52,646 bases of DNA from Octopus bimaculoides (GCF_001194135.2 NC_068993.1:59896051-59948696); one strand, 5' to 3'. Positions 36,916 through 50,423 are shown, counted from the stretch's first letter. Made by a program: numbers and translations. The notes: a model not told the origin generated them from the letters alone.

Positions 36916-37102
36916 AGCATGAGGTATTCGATAATGCGTTTCTAGCAGAGCTTTGGCTGGAAATATGGCGGAGTGTTTGTGGCTAGAATAATCTTGATGT
37001 TGGGTTTTAGTTGTTAAAGATGTTGTTGGGGGTAGACACCAGCGATCTCCGGTTATCTTAAAAAGAAAGAAGAAAAAAGAAAGCAAAGAAAACAAAAAGT
37101 AA

Positions 37103-37192
37103 TGGATGCTCTACTTCGTTGCTTGACCTGGTAGAAATAGCAACCAAATTTTCTTCTATTTACGCGCTTGCCTCTTAAAGAGAAAGGATACG
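37103..37192 (+). mobile_element. Family EF fragment
   Basis: GCTCTACTTCGTTGCTTGACCTGGTAGAAATAGCAACCAAATTTTCTTC...CCTCTTAAAGAGAAAGGATAC. Confidence 0.65.
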
Positions 37193-37444
37193 TAGAGGTT
37201 TTGCTTACGATCCGCTGTTTTACTCCAGATCAGTTTTAATGAATCCCATCTAGCACCAGGAGCATCCCTGCATCGTTCATCCTGCTGTTTTTTTTTTTCT
37301 GGACGGGTAGTCTGTTCACTATTACATTATCGAATGGTTCTTTAGTTTTCTAAAGTAGGTTATGTGATTTAAGATACTTCACCCTCCAAGGACTTCTTTA
37401 GTTTCCCATAAGTCAATCTCAATCTATAAGAAATGTGAACAATT

Positions 37445-37660
37445 GCATTCCAACCGTGACCAATCTGTCTTTTTACTACTACGTAGAACTATACTACTGT
37501 CCGTTTATCTTACGAGGGGTGTAGGAAAAGACTTGAGCCTCAAAATAAAAAAACATAGTACAAGACTTCTGTTGAAGCTAAAGATTTCAAGGCTCAAAAC
37601 TTTTCATACATCCCTCGTACTTAAGACGGTAGAGTGTGATTTCTAGCTGTTCATGAGATC
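37445..37660 (-). mobile_element. Family EF copy interrupted by a MITE
   Basis: ATTCCAACCGTGACCAATCTGTCTTTTT before the MITE and CTTAAGACGGTAGAGTGTGATTTCTAGC after it continue the reverse complement of the EF blocks. Confidence 0.55.
37513..37617. mobile_element. Mariner-type MITE, copy 2 (105 bp) with TA TSD
   Basis: TA-CGAGGGGTGTAGGAAAAGACTTGAGCCT ... AGGCTCAAAACTTTTCATACATCCCTCG-TA; TIRs match at 24/28; internal A-run/GTAC(C/A)AGACTTCTG shared with copy 1. Confidence 0.9.
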
Positions 37661-38023
37661 ATACAGAATCATTGGCTGGAATAATGGTGAAAGAACTGAA
37701 GCAGGTCGAGTATATAATTCTTTCTATTTCTGTCAAAGGGAAAATAACCACCAGCATCACTGCTTCGTCAAAGAAATATTAGCAGTCCAAGAATAAATGA
37801 CTCAACTTTTGGTGTGCATTTATTTCTTATAAGGTAATGAAAACTCAATTAAGCTTGGAGATATGCATAGCCGGCTTTGAAATTATTAAAAAAAAAAACG
37901 AAAATGATTTATCCGTCAACGAGCAAGTAATCTCATATTTTGATAGTTATAGTAATCTCGCATCAATAGAAACCTCTTCGAAAGGGACACATTGGTTAAC
38001 GTATTCTTTGATAAATTGACTGA

Positions 38024-38038
38024 AATAATAATAATAAC

Positions 38039-38116
<78 letters not shown>
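38024..38116. repeat. (AAT)n microsatellite
   Basis: Direct reading. Confidence 0.97.
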
Positions 38117-38199
38117 CTGATGGACATGACTTGACTGCTTTTAATCTTCAATATCTTAATTCAGCAACAATGACAACGATGACGACAACGGCATCTTCA

Positions 38200-38510
38200 C
38201 ATGGTTGACCTCCACCTTCAAGAAAATGCAGCCAAATCTCTTCTAAATTTCCGCCTCCTTCAAAATAAACAGTTTACTGAATACTGAGCCCCAAATACAC
38301 AATATTTGAAAGAAAGAACAAAATTATGATCAATACTGGGAGGTTTTTAATCTGATGCAGGAATCAAGGTAAGTCTAGGAATAATTAGTTATAAGAACTA
38401 TCAAAAGAACCTGTATACAATGTCTCGATCATTTAGAAATAGTAGCCAAATATCTCTAAGATCTGCACTTAAGCTTCATAAACAAGGGAGAACGTATTAG
38501 ATATGACACC
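38200..38510 (+). mobile_element. Two tandem family EF fragments (about 38200-38275 and 38415-38510)
   Basis: AGAAAATGCAGCCAAATCTCTTCTAAAT and TTAGAAATAGTAGCCAAATATCTCTAAG. Confidence 0.55.
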
Positions 38511-40024
38511 TTCTGACATATTGTTTTAAGAGAAAAGAAAAAGAAAGATGGTCGTGGCTTTTAACTGTTTTTCTACATTAGAGGTAAGACACGAAATTAA
38601 AAAAAAACTAAAGCAACAATAAAGACATTACCACCAATATCCGAGAAGGACACTCTATTTGGTAACTTAACATTCAAGAATCATCAAACATTTCTCATAT
38701 CCACTCAGTGCCATCCCAAAAAACCAAGGTGGGGGAATGTACTAGATTGCTTTTGTTCGCTTCTATTAGAATGTAAACAAGAGCAAAACAATAACAACAA
38801 AATGTGTTCAGAGTTGCACACAAACTGTCCAATTTACTGACGACATTAATATTAACGCTGTTATATTTAGTTATTAGTTTGTTAAGAAGCAAAAGAAGAA
38901 AAATCTCTCTAGCAACACATTAAGTTTTCTCTTCAAGTACAGCAATTTTAACTGCAAAAATTTCACCGTCCTCTTCGTTTCTTCTCAAACACAGGATTAA
39001 TACGGTTTTTTCGAGCTTACACATCGAAGATTACTTTTGATTTTCGCATTTACTATTCTTTGTTTCACTGTCAAGCTCACGAGTTGTGTGACACGTATGG
39101 GAATTATCGAATAGTCTCCACTTTTAAAAGATTTCCTTATCACAGTTTTGACCTTACACAAGTTCCCTGAAGTATTTCTCATATTTTTCTCTTTCTTTTC
39201 GTTCATTATATGTTTTATTTGATTTTTTTTCCTTCCATTTTCTCTGCTAGTTACTGATCCAGATTCTCCGTAAATGACAGCAAGTTTCGTCGCAGTTTTC
39301 CTCTTTAAGATTTAATATCATTCGCAATTTTCTATTTGTTTATGGTTCTTTTTTCTCTGTTTCCTTTTGCTTTTCCCCTCCCGAGAACAATGTGTGCAAA
39401 ACTATGAGGAATTAACCTTGACAAACAATTTTTAACTTCTACATTAAGAATGTTCTACATAAACCTTAACCAAAGATTCTCCAAAATATCGATGTACCAT
39501 TATTAACTTGACCACCCGCGCGTGAACAGACGCACAAACACACATACGCACACACCTATACATACATACGTACATATATATATTTATGCATGTATGCCTA
39601 TCGAGAGAATTACAGATAAAGAGAAAGACAGGCAGACCGAGTGGTGAATGAAGAGAAAAATCTTCAGAAAGAATTAAAATTAAGGAAAGAAAGATTGAAC
39701 AGAAATCGGTAGAGGAAATACAAAAAAAATAGAAGATGGGGTTATAGCCTGATAGAGAAAAATGATAGGCAGAAATAGATAGGAATAGAAATAGAGATAA
39801 AGAAGAAAAAACAAAGGTGGAGCGATAAGATAGAAGGACGAGAGAGATATAAGAGAAAAACTTGGGTTCGATGGAAGGAAAGAAATAAAGAAGGAAACGT
39901 TATTGGAAGATTTGGATGGCGAAAGAAACGGGAGAATACTTCAAAATTTCTAGAATGATAGGGAAAAATATAATGGAGAATATAAAAGAGGGGAGCATAA
40001 CACATCGGATGCAATGATGGAAAT

Positions 40025-40079
<55 letters not shown>

Positions 40080-40162
40080 GTACCACACTTCCCCTATATG
40101 TGTGTGTATGTGTGTGTGTGTGTGTGTGTGTGTAAAGTGTGTGTAGATGGGCGTGGTTGGGG

Positions 40163-40381
40163 TGTTTCAGTCATTTTGTTCTTTTATTTGTTTCAGTCTT
40201 TAGACTACGGCCATGCTGAAGCAAGGCCTTGACCTTTTAGTCTAATGAATTGACCCCTGGACGTTTTTTAAGCCTGGTCCTTATTCTATCTGTCACATCT
40301 GTGGAACCGGTAAGTTACGGGGATGCAAACACCAACACCGGTTATCAAGTGATGGGGTGGGATGGACAAACACAGACACAA

Positions 40382-40420
<39 letters not shown>
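40163..40420 (-). mobile_element. SINE family BC 3' half abutting (CA)n
   Basis: TGTTTCAGTCTTTAGACTACGGCCATGCTG...GTAAGTTACGGGGATGCAAACACCAACACCGGTT...GGACAAACACAGACAC(AC)n matches 12661-12890; the terminal TGTTTCAGTC is duplicated. Confidence 0.88.
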
Positions 40421-40422
<2 letters not shown>

Positions 40423-40820
40423 GATGTACACATATATACGATAGTACATTGAAATGCTAAATAATTAATAGTTATTTTAGTATCTAATATCTAATTATTT
40501 TCTCTTTTATTTCCCAAATCATTAATGATTATTTTTTTCCACTCAAAAATCTCTTTTATCTCTCAATTTGCCTTCAATACCCTTAAGACCCCTTATTCTA
40601 ATTAAACGACTAGTTTATGTCCTTTAACACTTATAAGTCAAGAGAGAGAGAAAGGAAAGAAAAGAAAGGAAAAAAGGTTACGAAATATTTCGGTTTCACC
40701 TGAGATTCAAAATTGTTTTACAGTGCATATGTGACACGATTTTATGCATTTATTGCAGCCTCGTATCAACTAATGAAGGTTTAATGCAAAACTGTTCTTT
40801 TATAAACGCATAGGTAGTTA

Positions 40821-40862
<42 letters not shown>

Positions 40863-41131
40863 CGCACACACACACACATCCATACACACACACGTCCACA
40901 AATATATGTAACGACACACGCATCTGGGTATTTGGTATTCGATCACCCATAAATACGATTATGACATATGCATGTGTGTTCTAAAGTGGACATTTATATA
41001 CATACATCCATGAACACCCACACCCACACACATATATACATACATATACACACTCACAAATACATGCACGCATGTACACACATATATCTATGCATATGCA
41101 CACACATATACATACATACATACATACATAC

Positions 41132-41176
<45 letters not shown>

Positions 41177-42169
41177 CGTGTGCGTGTGTGTTGTGGCTAA
41201 GGCGCACACATATAATTGATGCTCATATACAGATAGACGCATAAACACACACGTCTGCACACATGTCCGCACACATGTCCGCACACACGTCCACACCGAC
41301 ACAGGTATGTTTAGGCTTTAGTTCATATTGATTTATTTTATAGAAGGATTTTATGTTCTATATTTTTTTATNNNNNNNNNNGTTTTTCGTTGCTTTTGGC
41401 AACGTAAACACACTTTTTTAACCTCGGATCATTCATTATCTCAGATTTCTTGATAATTTATTCATGTAAATTTGCCTATTTTCTTAAAATATAATGACGT
41501 CGAATATGTTCTGTTTAATAATCTGAGCATATACAAAGCTATTTTGCACTTATACATTCGACACAAAACAAAACTGTCACACATACACACTCATATATTT
41601 ACATTTATATATATTTTCAAATGTATTTCATATTTAGTATTTGGTATTTATTGTTTGTTTATTTTGTAAATATTTTTATGTTTGCCTTTTCGTTAATTCT
41701 TCCCTTTTTTCTCTCCTTTTCTTTCTTTTTTGTTTTCTATTTCTATTTGTTCCATTTGTGATTTTGTGGTTAGTTTTGTTTCCTAACTACAAAAAAAAAT
41801 GTTTGTGTGTACATGTATCTAACTATGTATGTATGTATGTATGTATGTATGTATGTACGTATGTATATATGCATGTGTGTATGTATGTATGTATCTATCT
41901 ATCTATCTATCTATCAATTTATCCACATACACAGGTATGTGTGTGTCTGTGGAACCATTTGTACTTAAAAAGTCCTTTATTCATGTCGGTTTGTACAGAC
42001 ACGATTCTCTAATACACTGAAACGTATAAGCAACGGGTCTCATAACTTTTCAATAACTATCTTAAACCATGTAACTGAGTCATTAGGGTCAGGGTTAGGA
42101 TATCCAGCTTTCTTGATGCTACTACGAACTTAACTAACTCACCGTTCTCTCATTACAGAAAACCGAACT

Positions 42170-42485
42170 ACAAGCATTTACTCTTAAACCACCTTCATAG
42201 ATTTTTTGATCCTTCTTTAAGTAGTTCTTGACGCATTTCCAGCCTCTCTTTCAACAAATCTGCATTAACAAACTTGCTAATTTCTACAATGTTGCATTAG
42301 CATAAGCCGTAATCTCCATAAAAACACCTAAAACGATAGTTTACAGCTCACCACTTAAAGACATTACAATTCTATTTCAAAATATTTTTAACAAATCACT
42401 TACCGTTATAGCTAAAATATTTTCCAGCCTCTTGCTACGATTTATAAACCTGATCAATTGTAGTAATTTTTCATCAACCCACCAT
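42170..42485 (-). pseudogene. Weak reverse transcriptase remnant (RTE-like LINE)
   Basis: Ordered minus-strand VDE (42478-42470), YANA in place of YADD (42304-42293), LKERLE (42254-42237) and EGGLRVN (42196-42176) resemble GVDEW..WELLYADDL..L..RL..W...LE..GLRVN; many frameshifts. Confidence 0.45.
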
Positions 42486-42540
42486 TCATAAACTTGCAGC
42501 TCTCCACATGTATTTCTCAAATATTATTTACTCTGCTACC

Positions 42541-42751
42541 TTAAGGCGGCGAGCTGGCAGAATCGTTACCACGCTGGACGAAATGTTTAGTGATATTTCG
42601 CACGTCGCTACGTTCCGAGTTCAAATTCCGCCGAGGTCGACTTTGACTTTCATCCATTCGGAGTCGATAAATTAAGTACCAGTGAAATACTAGGGTCCCC
42701 TCAGTCCCCTCCCCTCAAAATTTGAGGCCTTATGCCTCCAGTAGAAAGGAG
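42541..42751 (+). mobile_element. Full-length SINE family A with 16-bp TSD
   Basis: A-box-like TGGCAGAATCG (42555-42565), B-box-like GTTCAAATTCC (42619-42629), core GGTCGACTTTGACTTTCATCCATTCGGAGTCGATAAATTAAGTACCAG; TSD TATTTACTCTGCTACC at 42525-42540 and 42752-42767. Confidence 0.95.
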
Positions 42752-43679
42752 TATTTACTCTGCTACCATAAAAATGAATACACTTCAGTGAAATCTCAAA
42801 TACGTTGCAATCATATAGTATTCAACGTCTTTCGAAGCAGCAACAATAATAGTGAAAAATAGATTAATAAACGAAGGAAAATACAAGAAACACCGAGACA
42901 CATAGACATACACACACACACAGACATATATTCGTTTAGGTGGGGGTACATTGGAAATTTATAAGGCAAATAAGAAAATAGAGGGGATATAAAATCGACA
43001 AACATCGGCCAGTAAACATCCCATTATATATGTTTATTAAATAATAAACATGTGCTGAAGTGGAACAAGTAAACGAATGAGATCAGCCAATATATATATA
43101 TATATATATATANNNNNNNNNNNNNNNNNNNNNNNNNNNNNNNNNNNNNNNNNNNNNNNNNNNNNNNNNNNNNNNNNNNNNNNNNNNNNNNNNNNNNNNN
43201 NNNNNNNNNNNNNNNNNNNNNNNNNNNNNNNNNNNNNNNNNNNNNNNNNNNNNNNNNNNNNNNNNNNNNNNNNNNNNNNNNNNNNNNNNNNNNNNNNNNN
43301 NNNNNNNNNNNNNNNNNNNNNNNNNNNNNNNNNNNNNNNNNNNNNNNNNNNNNNNNNNNNNNNNNNNNNNNNNNNNNNNNNNNNNNNNNNNNNNNNNNNN
43401 NNNNNNNNNNNNNNNNNNNNNNNNNNNNNNNNNNNNNNNNNNNNNNNNNNNNNNNNNNNNNNNNNNNNNNNNNNNNNNNNNNNNNNNNNNNNNNNNNNNN
43501 NNNNNNNNNNNNNNNNNNNNNNNNNNNNNNNNNNNNNNNNNNNNNNNNNNNNNNNNNNNNNNNNNNNNNNNNNNNNNNNNNNNNNNNNNNNNNNNNNNNN
43601 NNNNNNNNNNNNNNNNNNNNNNNNNNNNNNNNNNNNNNNNNNNNNNNNNNNNNNTATATATACATAGGTGTGTACATGT

Positions 43680-43740
<61 letters not shown>

Positions 43741-43914
43741 CTCAAAGGAAGGAAGAAAGAAGGAAAGAAAGAAAAGAGGAGAGAGATGCAGGAATTGGAG
43801 TAATGAGGAGACAAACCTATATCTCTCTCGTACACACAATTAAATTGAGCCGGTGCTTAAAATATATTGATTACCAATAAGACTACACAAGCACGACTAC
43901 ACATGTATGCATGC

Positions 43915-43967
<53 letters not shown>

Positions 43968-44611
43968 TATTTATGTATGTATGTATGTATGCATGTATGT
44001 ATATGTATATGCGTGTGTATCACGCTTCCACGTACAATATATTAGATGCCAACCAATTACTGTTTTTGAGCTATTCCATATAATTTGCTTCCTTTTTTTT
44101 TGTTTGTTTAACTTGGAGTTGCTGCTTACATATGACTTATAAGTAAAATTGCTTTTATTAATAATGCAATTTCAGAATTAAATATTGTTATTCAATATTT
44201 AGAATTATAAATGTTTTGGTACTAATTTGTAATGTAAACACATCGATTTTTTAAAATAAATATATTGCCTTTACTGCTCACATAGACATATTCACAGAAA
44301 TATGCTTAAACGCAAACATATGTCTGTGCAAATTTATGGGTAGACACACACAAATGTGGTTATATATATTTGTATGCGTGTGTGTGTGAGTGTGTGTGCG
44401 AGTGTGTGTGTGTATGCATGCGTATATATACAAACAACACACATTTATAAATGTCTGCATAAGTACATGTGTGTGTGTGCGTGTGTATTTATATCAATTA
44501 ATATATATAACAAACATTCTGTGAGAAATAATTAAAATGAATAAAATATTTATTAATATTTTCATCAATATTTGTTTAAAATTAATTAGCAACTATTGCT
44601 ATTTTTGCTGT

Positions 44612-44637
44612 TATTATCGTCGTCGTCGTCATCATCG

Positions 44638-44670
<33 letters not shown>

Positions 44671-44689
44671 CCACCACCACCACCACCCC

Positions 44690-44732
<43 letters not shown>

Positions 44733-44745
44733 GTCATCATCATTA
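44612..44745. repeat. (CGT)/(CAT)n-(CAC)n-(CAT)n compound microsatellite
   Basis: Direct reading. Confidence 0.95.
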
Positions 44746-45203
44746 CTACTCACTGTTGACGTTTTAATATCACATTTGGTGACCCTGGTGTCAACAAATT
44801 TAAGCTTCGTAAAGTATACTTTTAAAAACATTTTCATGCAGTGAATTTGAACAGTTCGGGATACGTCGAAAAGGGGTCTGAAAGAAGAGAGAAACTCTTT
44901 TGGTGGAGACTTTAGGGTTACGTCTCTTCTTGTTTGCAGAGGTGCAAACGATGTTGTAGCGGAAACTCTACAAATCCAAAATCTATGACGAGGAACGGGA
45001 TTTCATTGGTAAACACCAGAAGAATGTAATATTAGTGGCATGTAGGAACACCGTATTTGGTTATACAATCATAACATACTACAAACTTACAAGTCAATAC
45101 TGTGCTTTATTGTGCTAGCAGTGGTATGTCTTTAGAAATTATAGCCAACACTATAATTTCTGTGGAAAATCTGTTGAGATAACCTTAACAAGAAGAATGA
45201 CAA

Positions 45204-45640
45204 GGAAATTAATACTATTTTACATCGATGTATATCTTGCTTCATGGTGAAAAATATTGACACTCTTGCGGAAAATATTCCTGTCTAGAGTGGTACCAGC
45301 TATGTATTTGGCAAGATAAGCATCTTGTACATGCAAAAGCTTTAACAAACAAAAGTATCTTTTCAGGACAGAAAATCGCAATATGGTATCAACCATATGA
45401 TTTGTAACAGAGTTACACAGATTGAAATCAATTAAGTCTCGTATAATACCCGATTTAACGCACAACCACACTGTATACAACTGAAAACTGATCGATGCCA
45501 AGAGACTGGACTCCAAGACATTAGAGCTGTTGACTGTAATACACCACTTGAAAGCAAATCCCTACAGTCTCTGCCTTCTAAGGGCTTTACGGAGACAAAG
45601 CTTTGGCTAACTCGAACTGACCTTCAAAATTATATCTTTT
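45204..45640 (+). mobile_element. Decayed R4/Dong-like non-LTR retrotransposon RT fragment
   Basis: EIN-LFYID (catalytic YxDD region, 45205-45229), RVTQI/LKS (45409-45430) and N*KLIDAKRLDSKTLELLTVIHHLKANPYSLCLLR...LELTFK match the HLLYMDD...RVRQILKS...NW....KRLD.KTRKLLT...HHPKAD..RLYLPR..GGRGL..LE pattern of R4/Dong-type RTs. Confidence 0.75.
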
Positions 45641-45949
45641 CAAAAGCAGAGTGAATCATTAAGTATCAGATCAAATTGGAAAAGTGTATTTTCAATCGCT
45701 CAGGCCTCTCGAAGTTTCCTTTATGTCAGCTATCAAAATTAGTTAACTAACTTCTGCTCTTTAGTCAAGGGTGTGGCACACCATCGATGCTCATTTACTA
45801 TTCCATCACTTGTCACAAATATTTCAGCGAAGTCTTATCCAAAAACAAAACAGAAAAAACAAAACAAAATAGTAAATAAAGACCAAGCAGTCTATTCGGA
45901 TATTTTATCGATATTTTTAATCAATTACAAAGACTCTAGAACATGATTA

Positions 45950-46335
<386 letters not shown>

Positions 46336-47008
46336 TCGATACGTGGCTATAACAGTGATAACTCCGATGATTGCTGCTGTTACTTATTGATGAGGAGGTA
46401 AGAAGCTGTAACAAAATGAAAAAGGAAAGAATTCAATTAATTTTCTCCAGAAAATGGTATTTGTTTAAATGATTCAAGAGAAAACCTTCCTCTCACGGTA
46501 TCTTAACTTCGGTGGCTTTCCTCTGCAGAGATATTCTTGTGTTGTGTGTTGCGATCTTTGTTTTTATTGGTTGCTCGCTGCTCCTTTCCATTGTTTGTGT
46601 ATGTCTTTGAACGCAGCGTTGATTGATTAGTTGGTTTGCTCGGTTTTCTTGTCCTGTTTTTTTTTTCTGTTTATTTATTTTTTTTTTGGCTTATTATTTA
46701 TTTGTTTGCTGCGCCCTCTGCTCCGTTGTGGTGTATTGTGTGTCGTATATGCATGTGTGTGTGTGTGTGTGTGTGTNNNNNNNNNNNNNNNNNNNNNNNN
46801 NNNNNNNNNNNNNNNNNNNNNNNNAATGGGGTAGCTGGTGTATGAGGTCAAATGTTAGCGAAAAACGAAGAGACAAAAGGAAAAAAAATAATCCGACAAA
46901 CTAAGGATTCGAAGATAACAGAAGCGTAAAAGAATCGGAAGAAGAGATATAGAGAGAGAGAGACAGAGAGCCAGAAACAGAGAGACAGAGAGGGGGCAAG
47001 AAAGAGAA

Positions 47009-47048
<40 letters not shown>

Positions 47049-47378
47049 AGAGAGGAGGATGGCAGAAGGTGAAGAGAGGTTAAATGTCATAGAAAAATAA
47101 ACAAACACGAGCGATATGAGGTATAGCATACGGGAAATGTGAATGCCTGAAAAAGAAAAAAAAAAAGAATAAGAAGAGAAGGAAGTAGAGAGAGAACGTG
47201 GCGGAGGAGACAGAGCGAGGGGTGTTTGGTAATTGGTTAGCTTTAAAGATAATAATGATTCCGTTATATTTCGATTTCCCTTGGGTGAGGTTATATCTAC
47301 TTTCACACAGACACACATATTTAGTGGAAGTATGTAGACTCACTCTCGCACACACACACAAATACGTACATACATACA

Positions 47379-47411
<33 letters not shown>

Positions 47412-47884
47412 GTATATATGTATATAGTAATATACGTATACATGCATATATGTAGATAGACATACACACACACACAAACATATTGGAAAGGTATAACGAT
47501 AGAGATATTCTAGTCAAATGTAAATAAATCTTTGAATAAGCTTGCGTAAGTGTAAATGTGCAACGACGCAATTTTGCGGCGGCACGCTTCCGTCTATGTT
47601 TGATTGCACCAATGGTTACCTCGTCTCCATAAAAATGTGCTTTCTAACGCACATGCCGTAAAATAAAGGGCAACATCATTCCTAGTCAGAGTCTCATATA
47701 CTTCTCATTCCTCAGCGAAACAAGTGACCACCCCCTCTGAATATATTATAACTTCTATTTATAGTTATTTATGTTAAGGGAGGGACTCCCCTGCGGTAAT
47801 CTGCACTTTATTTTCAAACTCTTCTTCTCTCTCCCTCTCTTTCTCTCTGTCTCTCTCTCTCAGTCACACACACACACACAGACA

Positions 47885-47974
<90 letters not shown>

Positions 47975-47998
47975 TACTACTACTACTACTACTACTGC

Positions 47999-48370
47999 GG
48001 AGGCGCAATGGCCGAGTGGTTAGAGCAGCGGATTCGCAGTTGTAGGATCACGGTTTCGATTCCCAGACCGGGTGTTGTGAGTGTTTATTGAGCGAAAACA
48101 CCTAAAGCTCCACGAGGCTCCGGCAGGGGGTGGTGGGGAACCCTGCTGTACTCTTTCACCACAACTTTCTTTCACTCTTACTTCCTGTTTCTGTTGTGCC
48201 TGTAATTCAAAGGGCCAGCCTTGTCACACTGAATATCCCCGAGAACTACGTAAAGGGTACACGTGTCTTTGGAGTGCTCAGCCACTTGCACGTTAATTTC
48301 ACGAGCAGACTGTTCCGTTGATCGGATCAACTGGAACCCTCGTCGTCGGAAGCGACGGAGTGCCAACAAT
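47999..48370 (+). mobile_element. Full-length tRNA-derived SINE family D (about 370 bp)
   Basis: A-box TGGCCGAGTGG (48009-48019), B-box GTTTCGATTCC (48053-48063, one mismatch), GC-rich body and a 3' end with a short CGTCG/CGACG stem. It does not fold as a complete tRNA and continues for ~300 nt; I recall this sequence type as an abundant Octopus repeat. Confidence 0.85.
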
Positions 48371-50169
48371 TAGGGACGCGACTACTTTTAGATTCTATGT
48401 TATTGCAGATGTAAATAGAATCGAGTGAAAAAGAAAATATTTTATAGTATCCTCTGTGTGATTTCTTAGGATTTAGGTGGAGCAATTATTTACGAGTTAG
48501 TGTTCAATTTCATAACCTCTTAGCTATTCCAGATCTTACGGAGCGTTAAATATATACGAGATAAATCTAGTCTGGATTGTATATAGCCAGTCTTTCTGCA
48601 CACTGAATTAGTTTCCCGCCGGCAATATTCTGCTCAGCACTTAAAACCGATGAATCTACACATCGACATTTATAACTCCGGCGCTATTCAGAGTCGATAA
48701 GTGATGCCAACTCTTCCGTATTTCATATTTTATAATGAGATGTACTGGGCTATTTAAAAGATAAGTGCATGGCTGTAAACATAGAGAATGACTGGAAGAG
48801 TTTATGAACGACCGACAAATCACTTCATCTATCAAAACTTTCAAGCGAAAACGATTATATTAAAATATATGATGCTGCAATAAATAAAAAAAGAAAATTA
48901 ATGAGAAGAGTAATCAATAAGAGGTGTATCGATGAAGGAATCAGCTGAAAATATGTTGGAAATATGAGGAAAATGAAGGACGTCATAAATTGCTTGGCCA
49001 AAGTGACCAGACGATGAAATAAAAATATTAGTAGTGTATGCTGGCCAAAATTTAAATTATGTTTTAGGTTATAACTAGAAATACCGTATCTAAACATGGC
49101 AGAAATATGAAGAGAATTCTCTGGGCAAACTGATCAGAGTATGGAAGAAGCGATTTATCAAAGCAACTTGGCCAAATTTTAAACAAAATAGATAAACGTA
49201 GAAACAAAGTTAAAACGAAACGAGCGATAGATGACGTAAATTAACAGAGGACTTTGGTCAATGTATGACACGTGACCTCAAACACAAAACACAAACAATG
49301 CTTAAAATATTGTATAAATGAGAAGAACAGCAAAAGAGCCTCTTCAGAATAAGACAAAAAAATGAGCCACATTAACGCAGGAAGCTAGTCAAAGGACGTT
49401 AAAACAGCAATTTCAAACAGATTTATCATTTAGTTGATGAATTATTAACAACTTTTGGCTGTAAAGCAATTACAAAGAAGATTCACTTAACAAAGACCTA
49501 GTTCACTGTTTTGAAATCCCTCTACCGTCTCCCATCTCATTCCCAAACTAATTTACCCTCTCATTTCGTTTCTAATTCTCTCACTCTTTCTCCTATTGTC
49601 TCCTACCTTTACTTTATACGCCCCAAGTTTCAGTTACTCAATCTCAGTGATTTTCTCCTACAAAGATGTCTTGTTTTCTTTTTTTTTCTTTTTACACTCT
49701 TACATTCTCTCTCTCTCCCCCACTCTCTCTCCTCCACTCTCTCTCCCTCTCTCTTTCACTCTCATACACAAACACAAATACTTGTAACCACAAGCGCATA
49801 CATATTTACTCAAAATGACTCTTACACAATTTCGCTCGGAATCCTTTCTTCTCCAGTTGCTCCGTGCTGTGATTCTGGAACCATTCTTCACTACTTCTTT
49901 TCCATTTTACCTGTTTTAATAGCAGAAACAAACATTTTCTTATTCATTAATAGAACCAAACAAAAACAAAATATTATCATCATCATCATATTTACCATAT
50001 GAAATGGTTATCTTGATAACCATGGGTGGAAATCACAACAGATCAACCGAATCTCGCATCGTCTATGAGCTAAAATATTGTATGATGCTAAGACGGAGCG
50101 TCCAGCATCACAAAGGGCTTGAAGGATCCAAGACATGATATGATCCAATGATTCATTATGCAATGTGAC

Positions 50170-50250
50170 TTTCCTATTCTTAACATCACGGAATGAGATT
50201 TGAGGGATCTTTAGCTGCTATTTTATACAAAGGTCGATTGATAGACTCTT
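50170..50250 (-). mobile_element. Family EF fragment
   Basis: GAGATTTGAGGGATCTTTAGCTGCTATTTT matches the reverse complement of the EF core. Confidence 0.55.
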
Positions 50251-50362
50251 TGACGTTGGACGCGTCGCAGGTTGTTAAAGAATCGAAACGAAACGCTCAA
50301 AAATATATAGTAGTAGTAGTAATAGTAGAAGTAGTAGCAGCAGTAGCAGCAGCAGCAGCAAC

Positions 50363-50423
<61 letters not shown>

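Noticed and set aside
44922-45030. Good acceptor TCTTCTTGTTTGCAG followed by RCKRCCSGNSTNPKSM...
   Set aside because: Weak donor, unrecognised peptide and no partner exons.
47999-48075. tRNA gene
   Set aside because: Has A and B boxes but no acceptor-stem pairing and continues into a SINE body.
48740-48960. Possible LINE endonuclease remnant (LEEFMNDRQ, DYI, INKK)
   Set aside because: Motifs are too short and scattered over frames in A-rich sequence to support a call without a profile search.
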